A stretch of 64,000 bases of DNA from Azolla caroliniana. Its lineage: Eukaryota > Plantae > Polypodiophyta. Position numbers and translations under genes: made by a program. The DNA lies in contig JBHGNT010000060.1 of assembly GCA_043228905.1 (NCBI GenBank), positions 1-64,000 on the forward strand, read 5' to 3'. This document shows positions 1 to 10,400 of this stretch, one piece after another (the first letter of the stretch is position 1; every line of letters begins with the position of its first letter). The notes under the pieces are model-generated. The model searched no databases, was not told the DNA's origin, and was given only the letters and a program-made list of their open reading frames with translations.

Positions 1-2130
1 TATCGAAGCTAACAACGCTAGCTACGCTATAGAATTAAAAAATCAAGATTTTGAAACTCAGGTCGAGAGACATGAAGAAATTAGCACATTTGAGGAGGTA
101 GTGGAGAACAGCCCGTTAGGAAATAAAAATGTTCATACCTGGCTCGTGTGATATCGGATTTTTGTGTTCAAACATGCGTATCGAAGCTAACAACGCTACC
201 TATGATATGGAATAAAAAAATCAAGATTTTGAAACTCAGGTCGAGAGACATGAAGAAATTAGCACATTTGAGGAGGTAGTGGAGAACAGCCCGTGAGTCA
301 ATAAAAATGTTCATACCTGGCTCGTGTGACATCGGATTTTTATGTTCAAACATGCGTATTGAAGCTAACAACGCTACCTATGATATGGAATAAAAAAATC
401 AAGATTTTAAAACTCAGGTCAAGAGACATGAAGAAATTTAGGACATTTGAGGAGGTAGTGGAGAACAGCCCGTGAGTCAATTAAAATGTTCATACCTGGC
501 TCGCGTGATATCGGATTTTTGTGTTCAAACATGCGTATCGAAGCTAACAACACTAGCTATGATATGGAAATCGAGAGACATGAAGAAATTAGCACATTTG
601 AGGAGGGACTTGAGAAATGAGGAAGTTAGCAAATTAGAGGAGGGACTTGAAAAGAGGCCGTGAGTCAATTAAAATGTTCATACCTGGCTCGTGTGACATC
701 GGATTTTTATGTTCAAACATGCGTATTGAAGCTAACAACGCTAGCTATGCTATAGAATAAAAAAAATCAAGATTTTGAAACTCAGGTCGAGAGACATGAA
801 GAAATTAGCACATTTGAGGAGGGACATGAGAAGAGCCCATGAGTCAATTAAAATGTTCATACCTGGCTCGTGTGATATCGGACTTTTGTGTTCAAACATG
901 CGTATCGAAGCTAACAACGCTACCTATGATATGGAATAAAAAAATCAAGATTTTGAAACTCAGGTCAAGAGACAGGAGAAATTTAGGACATTTGAGGAGG
1001 TAGTGGAGAACAGCCCGTGAGTCAATTAAAATGTTCATACCTGGCTCGCGTGATATCGGATTTTTGTGTTCAAACATGCGTATCGAAGCTAACAACACTA
1101 GCTATGATATAGAATAAAAAAATCAAGATTTTGAAACACAGCTCGAGAGACATGAAGAAATTAGCACATTTGAGGAGTAGTGGAGAACAGCCCGTGAGTC
1201 AATTAAAATGTTCATACCTGGCTCGTGTGATATCGGATTTTTGTGTTCAAACATGGCGTATCGAAGCTAACAACGCTAGCTATGCTATAGAATTAAAAAA
1301 TCCAGATTTTGAAACTCAGGTCGAGAGACATGAAGAAATTAGCACATTTGAGGAGGGACTTGAGAAGAGCCCGTTACGAAATAGAAATGTTCATACCTGG
1401 CTCGTGTGATATCGGATTTTTGTGTTCAAACATGCGTATCGAAGCTAACAACGCTAGCTATGCTATAGAATAAAAAAATCAAGATTTTGAAACTCAGGTC
1501 GAGAGACATGAAGAAATTAGCACATTTGAGGAGGTAGTGAGGAACAGCCCGTTAAGAAATAAAAATGTTCATACCTGGCTCGTGTGATATCGGATTTTTG
1601 TGTTCAAAGATCCGTATCGAATCTAAGAACGCTAGCTATGCTATAGAATTAAAAAATCCAGATTTTGAAACTCAGGTCGAGAGACATGAAGAAATTAGCA
1701 CATTTGAGGAGGGACTTGAGAAGAGCCCATGAGTCAATTAAAATGTTCATACCTGGCTCCTGTGATATCGAATTTTTGTGTTCAAACATGCGTATCGAAG
1801 CTAACAACGCTAGCTATGCTATAGAATTAAAAAATCAAGATTTTGAAACTCAGGTCGAGAGACATGAGGAAGTTAGCAAATTAGAGGAGGGACTTGAAAA
1901 GAGGCCGTGAGTCAATTAAAATATTCATACCACGCTCGTGTGATATCGGATTTTTGTGTTCAAACATGCGTATGGGAAGCTAACAACGCTAGCTATGCTA
2001 TAGAATAAAAAAATCCAGATTTTGAAACTCAGGTCGAGAGACATGAAGAAATTAGCACATTTGAAGAGGTAGTGGAGAACAGCCCGTTAGGAAATTAAAA
2101 TGTTCATACCTGGCTCGTGTGATATCGGAC

Positions 2131-4620
2131 TTTTGTGTTCAAACATGCGTATCGAAGCTAACAACGCTACCTATGATATGGAATAAAAAAATCAAGATTT
2201 TGAAACTCAGGTCAAGAGACAGGAAGAAATTTAGGACATTTGAGGAGGTAGTGGAGAACAGCCCGTGAGTCAATTAAAATGTTCATACCTGGCTCGCGTG
2301 ATATCGGATTTTTGTGTTCAAACATGCGTATCGAAGCTAACAACACTAGCTATGATATAGAATAAAAAAATCAAGATTTTGAAACACAGCTCGAGAGACA
2401 TGAAGAAATTAGCACATTTGAGGAGGTAGTGGAGAAGAGCCCATGAGTCAATTAAAATGTTCATACCTGGCTCGTGTGATATCGGATTTTTGTGTTCAAA
2501 CATGCGTATCGAAGCTAACAACTCTAGCTATGCTATAGAATTAAAAAATCCAGATTTTGAAACTCAGGTTGAGAGACATGAAGAAATTAGCACATTTGAG
2601 GAGGTAGTGGAGAACAGCCCGTTAGGAAATAAAAATGTTCATACCTGGCTCGTGTGATATCGGAGTTTTGTGTTCAAACATGCGTATCGAAGCTAACAAC
2701 ACTAGCTATGCTATAGAATTAAAAATCAAGATTTTGAAACTCAGGTCGAGAGACATGAGGAAGTTAGCAAATTAGAGGAGGGACTTGAAAAGAGGCCGTG
2801 AGTCAATTAAAATGTTCATACCTGGCTCGTGTGATATCGGATTTTTGTGTTCGAACATGCGTATCGAAGCTAACAACGCTAGCTATGCTATAAAATTAAA
2901 AAATCCAGATTTTGAAACTCAGGTCGAGAGACATGAAGAAATTAGCACATTTGAGGAGGGACTTGAGAAGAGCCCATGAGTCAATTAAAATGTTCATACC
3001 TGGCTCGTGTGATATCGGATTTTTGTGTTCAAACATGCGTATCGAAGCTAACAACGTTAGCTATGTTATAGAATTAAAAAATCAAGATTTTGAAACTCAG
3101 GTCGAGAGACATAAAGAAATTAGCACATTTGAGGAGGTAGTGGAGAACAGCCCGTTAGGAAATAAAAAAGTTCATACCTGGCTCGTGTGATATCGGATTT
3201 TTGTGTTCAAATATGCGTATCGAATCTAAGAGCGCTAGCTATGCTATAGAATTAAAAAATCCAGATTTTGAAACTCAGGTCGAGAGACATGAAGAAATTA
3301 GCACATTTGAAGAGGTAGTGGAGAACAGCCCGTTAGGAAATAAAAAAGTTCATACCTCGCTCGTGTGATATCGGATTTTTGTGTTCAAACATGCGTATCG
3401 AAGCTAACAACGCTACCTATGATATGGAATAAAAAAATCAAGATTTTGAAACTCAGGTCAAGAGACAGGAAGAAATTTAGGACATTTGAGGAGGTAGTGG
3501 AGAACAGCCCGTGAGTCAATTAAAATGTTCATACCTGGCTCGCGTGATATCGGATTTTTGTGTTCAAACATGCGTATCGAAGCTAACAACACTAGCTATG
3601 ATATAGAATAAAAAAATCAAGATTTTGAAACACAGCTCGAGAGACATGAAGAAATTAGCACATTTGAGGAGGTAGTGGAGAAGAGCCCATGAGTCAATTA
3701 AAATGTTCATACCTGGCTCGTGTGATATCGGATTTTTGTGTTCAAACATGCGTATCGAAGCTAACAACTCTAGCTATGCTATAGAATTAAAAAATCCAGA
3801 TTTTGAAACTCAGGTTGAGAGACATGAAGAAATTAGCACATTTGAGGAGGTAGTGGAGAACAGCCCGTTAGGAAATAAAAATGTTCATACCTGGCTCGTG
3901 TGATATCGGAGTTTTGTGTTCAAACATGCGTATCGAAGCTAACAACACTAGCTATGCTATAGAATTAAAAATCAAGATTTTGAAACTCAGGTCGAGAGAC
4001 ATGAGGAAGTTAGCAAATTAGAGGAGGGACTTGAAAAGAGGCCGTGAGTCAATTAAAATGTTCATACCTGGCTCGTGTGATATCGGATTTTTGTGTTCGA
4101 ACATGCGTATCGAAGCTAACAACGCTAGCTATGCTATAAAATTAAAAAATCCAGATTTTGAAACTCAGGTCGAGAGACATGAAGAAATTAGCACATTTGA
4201 GGAGGGACTTGAGAAGAGCCCATGAGTCAATTAAAATGTTCATACCTGGCTCGTGTGATATCGGATTTTTGTGTTCAAACATGCGTATCGAAGCTAACAA
4301 CGTTAGCTATGTTATAGAATTAAAAAATCAAGATTTTGAAACTCAGGTCGAGAGACATAAAGAAATTAGCACATTTGAGGAGGTAGTGGAGAACAGCCCG
4401 TTAGGAAATAAAAAAGTTCATACCTGGCTCGTGTGATATCGGATTTTTGTGTTCAAATATGCGTATCGAATCTAAGAGCGCTAGCTATGCTATAGAATTA
4501 AAAAATCCAGATTTTGAAACTCAGGTCGAGAGACATGAAGAAATTAGCACATTTGAAGAGGTAGTGGAGAACAGCCCGTTAGGAAATAAAAAAGTTCATA
4601 CCTCGCTCGTGTGATATCGG
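2131..4620. repeat. Tandem 7-mer duplication (period 1246 bp) nested in the first HOR copy
   Basis: Identical ORF pairs 2318/3564, 2457/3703, 2785/4031 and 2912/4158 are all offset by 1246. Shared variants include GGAGTTTT, TTCGAACA and CCTCGCTC. Confidence 0.92.
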
Positions 4621-7412
4621 ATTTTTGTGTTCAAACATGCGTATCGAAGCTAACAACGCTACCTATGATATGGAATAAAAAAATCAAGATTTTGAAACTC
4701 AGGTCAAGAGACATGAAGAAATTTAGGACATTTGAAGAGGTAGTGGAGAACAGCCCGTGAGTCAATTAAAATGTTCATACCTGGCTCGTGTGATATCGGA
4801 TTTTTGTGTTCAAACATGCGTATCGAAGCTAACAACGCTAGCTATGCTATAGAATAAAAAAATCAAGATTTTGAAACTCAGGTCGAGAGACATAAAGAAA
4901 TTAGCACATTTGAGGAGGTAGTGGAGAACAGCCCGTTAGGAAATAAAAAAGTTCATACCTGGCTCGTGTGATATCGGATTTTTGTGTTCAAACATGCGTA
5001 TCGAATCTAAGAGCGCTAGCTATGCTATAGAATTAAAAAATCCAGATTTTGAAACTCAGGTCGAGAGACATGAAGAAATTAGCACATTTGAGGAAGTAGT
5101 GGAGAACAGCCCGTTAGGAAATAAAAAAGTTCATACCTGGCTTGTGTGATATCGGATTTTTGTGTTCAAACATGCGTATCGAAGCTAACAACGCTAGCTA
5201 TGCTATAGAATTAAAAAATGCAGATTTTGAAACTCAGGTCGAGAGACATAAAGAAATTAGCACATTTGAGGAGGTAGTGGAGAACAGCCCGTTAGGAAAT
5301 AAAAAAGTTCATACCTGGCTCGTGTGATATCGGATTTTTGTGTTCAAACATGCGTATCGAAGCTAACAACGCTACCTATGATATGGAATAAAAAAATCAA
5401 GATTTTAAAACTCAGGTCAAGAGACATGAAGAAATTTAGGACATTTGAGGAGGTAGTGGAGAACAGCCCGTGAGTCAATTAAAATGTTCATACCTGGCTC
5501 GCGTGATATCGGATTTTTGTGTTCAAACATGCGTATCGAAGCTAACAACACTAGCTATGATATGGAATAAAAAAATCAAGATTTTGAAACTCAGGTCGAG
5601 AGACATGAAGAAATTAGCACATTTGAGGAGGTAGTGGAGAACAGCCCGTTAGGAAATAAAAATGTTCATACCTGGCTCGTGTGATATCGGAGTTTTGTGT
5701 TCAAACATGCGTATCGAAGCTAACAACGCTAGCTATGCTATAGAATTAAAAAATCAAGATTTTGAAACTCAGGTCGAGAGAAATGAGGAAGTTAGCAAAT
5801 TAGAGGAGGGACTTGAAAAGAGGCCGTGAGTCAATTAAAATGTTCATACCTGGCTCGTGTGACATCGGATTTTTATGTTCAAACATGCGTATTGAAGCTA
5901 ACAACGCTAGCTATGCTATAGAATAAAAAAATCAAGATTTTGAAACTCAGGTCGAGAGACATGAAGAAATTAGCACATTTGAGGAGGGACTTGAGAAGAG
6001 CCCATGAGTCAATTAAAATGTTCATACCTGGCTCGTGTGATATCGGATTTTTGTGTTCAAACATGCGTATCGAAGCTAACAACGTTAGCTATGTTATAGA
6101 ATTAAAAAATCAAGATTTTGAAACTCAGGTCGAGAGACATAAAGAAATTAGCACATTTGAGGAGGTAGTGGAGAACAGCCCGTTAGGAAATAAAAAAGTT
6201 CATACCTGGCTCGTGTGATATCGGATTTTTGTGTTCAAATATGCGTATCGAATCTAAGAGCGCTAGCTATGCTATAGAATTAAAAAATCCAGATTTTGAA
6301 ACTCAGGTCGAGAGACATGAAGAAATTAGCACATTTGAAGAGGTAGTGGAGAACAGCCCGTTAGGAAATAAAAAAGTTCATACCTCGCTCGTGTGATATC
6401 GGATTTTTGTGTTCAAACATGCGTATCGAAGCTAACAACGCTACCTATGATATGGAATAAAAAAATCAAGATTTTGAAACTCAGGTCAAGAGACATGAAG
6501 AAATTTAGGACATTTGAAGAGGTAGTGGAGAACAGCCCGTGAGTCAATTAAAATGTTCATACCTGGCTCGTGTGATATCGGATTTTTGTGTTCAAACATG
6601 CGTATCGAAGCTAACAACGCTAGCTATGCTATAGAATAAAAAAATCAAGATTTTGAAACTCAGGTCGAGAGACATAAAGAAATTAGCACATTTGAGGAGG
6701 TAGTGGAGAACAGCCCGTTAGGAAATAAAAAAGTTCATACCTGGCTCGTGTGATATCGGATTTTTGTGTTCAAACATGCGTATCGAATCTAAGAGCGCTA
6801 GCTATGCTATAGAATTAAAAAATCCAGATTTTGAAACTCAGGTCGAGAGACATGAAGAAATTAGCACATTTGAGGAAGTAGTGGAGAACAGCCCGTTAGG
6901 AAATAAAAAAGTTCATACCTGGCTTGTGTGATATCGGATTTTTGTGTTCAAACATGCGTATCGAAGCTAACAACGCTAGCTATGCTATAGAATTAAAAAA
7001 TGCAGATTTTGAAACTCAGGTCGAGAGACATAAAGAAATTAGCACATTTGAGGAGGTAGTGGAGAACAGCCCGTTAGGAAATAAAAAAGTTCATACCTGG
7101 CTCGTGTGATATCGGATTTTTGTGTTCAAACATGCGTATCGAAGCTAACAACGCTACCTATGATATGGAATAAAAAAATCAAGATTTTAAAACTCAGGTC
7201 AAGAGACATGAAGAAATTTAGGACATTTGAGGAGGTAGTGGAGAACAGCCCGTGAGTCAATTAAAATGTTCATACCTGGCTCGCGTGATATCGGATTTTT
7301 GTGTTCAAACATGCGTATCGAAGCTAACAACACTAGCTATGATATGGAATAAAAAAATCAAGATTTTGAAACTCAGGTCGAGAGACATGAAGAAATTAGC
7401 ACATTTGAGGAG
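4155..7412. repeat. 10-monomer-period duplication (1782 bp): ~4155-5630 repeated at ~5937-7412
   Basis: ORF pairs 4158/5940 and 5142/6924 are offset by 1782. The variant GGCTTGTG (~5139, ~6921) is shared by these two copies and absent from later HOR copies (e.g. ~10841). Confidence 0.9.
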
Positions 7413-10400
7413 GGACTTGAGAAGAGCCCATGAGTCAATTAAAATGTTCATACCTAGCTCCTGTGATATCGGATTTTTGTGTTCAAACATGCGTATCGAA
7501 GCTAACAACGCTAGCTATGCTATAGAATTAAAAAATCAAGATTTTGAAACTCAGGTCGAGAGAAATGAGGAAGTTAGCAAATTAGAGGAGGGACTTGAAA
7601 AGAGGCCGTGAGTCAATTAAAATGTTCATACCTGGCTCGTGTGACATCGGATTTTTATGTTCAAACATGCGTATTGAAGCTAACAACGCTAGCTATGCTA
7701 TAGAATAAAAAAATCAAGATTTTGAAACTCAGGTCGAGAGACATGAAGAAATTAGCACATTTGAGGAGGGACATGAGAAGAGCCCATGAGTCAATTAAAA
7801 TGTTCATACCTGGCTCGTGTGATATCGGACTTTTGTGTTCAAACATGCGTATCGAAGCTAACAACGCTACCTATGATATGGAATAAAAAAATCAAGATTT
7901 TGAAACTCAGGTCAAGAGACAGGAAGAAATTTAGGACATTTGAGGAGGTAGTGGAGAACAGCCCGTGAGTCAATTAAAATGTTCATACCTGGCTCGCGTG
8001 ATATCGGATTTTTGTGTTCAAACATGCGTATCGAAGCTAACAACACTAGCTATGATATAGAATAAAAAAATCAAGATTTTGAAACACAGCTCGAGAGACA
8101 TGAAGAAATTAGCACATTTGAGGAGGTAGTGGAGAACAGCCCGTGAGTCAATTAAAATGTTCATACCTGGCTCGTGTGATATCGGATTTTTGTGTTCAAA
8201 CATGCGTATCGAAGCTAACAACGCTAGCTATGCTATAGAATTAAAAAATCCAGATTTTGAAACTCAGGTCGAGAGACATGAAGAAATTAGCACATTTGAG
8301 GAGGGACTTGAGAAGAGCCCGTTACGAAATAGAAATGTTCATACCTGGCTCGTGTGATATCGGATTTTTGTGTTCAAACATGCGTATCGAAGCTAACAAC
8401 GCTAGCTATGCTATAGAATAAAAAAATCAAGATTTTGAAACTCAGGTCGAGAGACATGAAGAAATTAGCACATTTGAGGAGGTAGTGAGGAACAGCCCGT
8501 TAAGAAATAAAAATGTTCATACCTGGCTCGTGTGATATCGGATTTTTGTGTTCAAAGATCCGTATCGAATCTAAGAACGCTAGCTATGCTATAGAATTAA
8601 AAAATCCAGATTTTGAAACTCAGGTCGAGAGACATGAAGAAATTAGCACATTTGAGGAGGGACTTGAGAAGAGCCCATGAGTCAATTAAAATGTTCATAC
8701 CTGGCTCCTGTGATATCGAATTTTTGTGTTCAAACATGCGTATCGAAGCTAACAACGCTAGCTATGCTATAGAATTAAAAAATCAAGATTTTGAAACTCA
8801 GGTCGAGAGACATGAGGAAGTTAGCAAATTAGAGGAGGGACTTGAAAAGAGGCCGTGAGTCAATTAAAATATTCATACCACGCTCGTGTGATATCGGATT
8901 TTTGTGTTCAAACATGCGTATGGGAAGCTAACAACGCTAGCTATGCTATAGAATAAAAAAATCCAGATTTTGAAACTCAGGTCGAGAGACATGAAGAAAT
9001 TAGCACATTTGAAGAGGTAGTGGAGAACAGCCCGTTAGGAAATTAAAATGTTCATACCTGGCTCGTGTGATATCGGACTTTTGTGTTCAAACATGCGTAT
9101 CGAAGCTAACAACGCTACCTATGATATGGAATAAAAAAATCAAGATTTTGAAACTCAGGTCAAGAGACAGGAAGAAATTTAGGACATTTGAGGAGGTAGT
9201 GGAGAACAGCCCGTGAGTCAATTAAAATGTTCATACCTGGCTCGCGTGATATCGGATTTTTGTGTTCAAACATGCGTATCGAAGCTAACAACACTAGCTA
9301 TGATATAGAATAAAAAAATCAAGATTTTGAAACACAGCTCGAGAGACATGAAGAAATTAGCACATTTGAGGAGGTAGTGGAGAAGAGCCCATGAGTCAAT
9401 TAAAATGTTCATACCTGGCTCGTGTGATATCGGATTTTTGTGTTCAAACATGCGTATCGAAGCTAACAACTCTAGCTATGCTATAGAATTAAAAAATCCA
9501 GATTTTGAAACTCAGGTTGAGAGACATGAAGAAATTAGCACATTTGAGGAGGTAGTGGAGAACAGCCCGTTAGGAAATAAAAATGTTCATACCTGGCTCG
9601 TGTGATATCGGAGTTTTGTGTTCAAACATGCGTATCGAAGCTAACAACACTAGCTATGCTATAGAATTAAAAATCAAGATTTTGAAACTCAGGTCGAGAG
9701 ACATGAGGAAGTTAGCAAATTAGAGGAGGGACTTGAAAAGAGGCCGTGAGTCAATTAAAATGTTCATACCTGGCTCGTGTGATATCGGATTTTTGTGTTC
9801 GAACATGCGTATCGAAGCTAACAACGCTAGCTATGCTATAAAATTAAAAAATCCAGATTTTGAAACTCAGGTCGAGAGACATGAAGAAATTAGCACATTT
9901 GAGGAGGGACTTGAGAAGAGCCCATGAGTCAATTAAAATGTTCATACCTGGCTCGTGTGATATCGGATTTTTGTGTTCAAACATGCGTATCGAAGCTAAC
10001 AACGTTAGCTATGTTATAGAATTAAAAAATCAAGATTTTGAAACTCAGGTCGAGAGACATAAAGAAATTAGCACATTTGAGGAGGTAGTGGAGAACAGCC
10101 CGTTAGGAAATAAAAAAGTTCATACCTGGCTCGTGTGATATCGGATTTTTGTGTTCAAATATGCGTATCGAATCTAAGAGCGCTAGCTATGCTATAGAAT
10201 TAAAAAATCCAGATTTTGAAACTCAGGTCGAGAGACATGAAGAAATTAGCACATTTGAAGAGGTAGTGGAGAACAGCCCGTTAGGAAATAAAAAAGTTCA
10301 TACCTGGCTCGTGTGATATCGGATTTTTGTGTTCAAACATGCGTATCGAAGCTAACAACGCTACCTATGATATGGAATAAAAAAATCAAGATTTTGAAAC

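Noticed and set aside
1-178. Assignment to Arabidopsis CEN178, Brassica CentBr, alpha satellite or another named satellite
   Set aside because: Only the length matches. I do not recognise their diagnostic sequence or a canonical CENP-B box, so a database search is required.
437-442. Telomere-like TTTAGG / TTAGG motifs
   Set aside because: They are single, non-tandem 5-6 bp matches and not a full TTTAGGG, as expected by chance.
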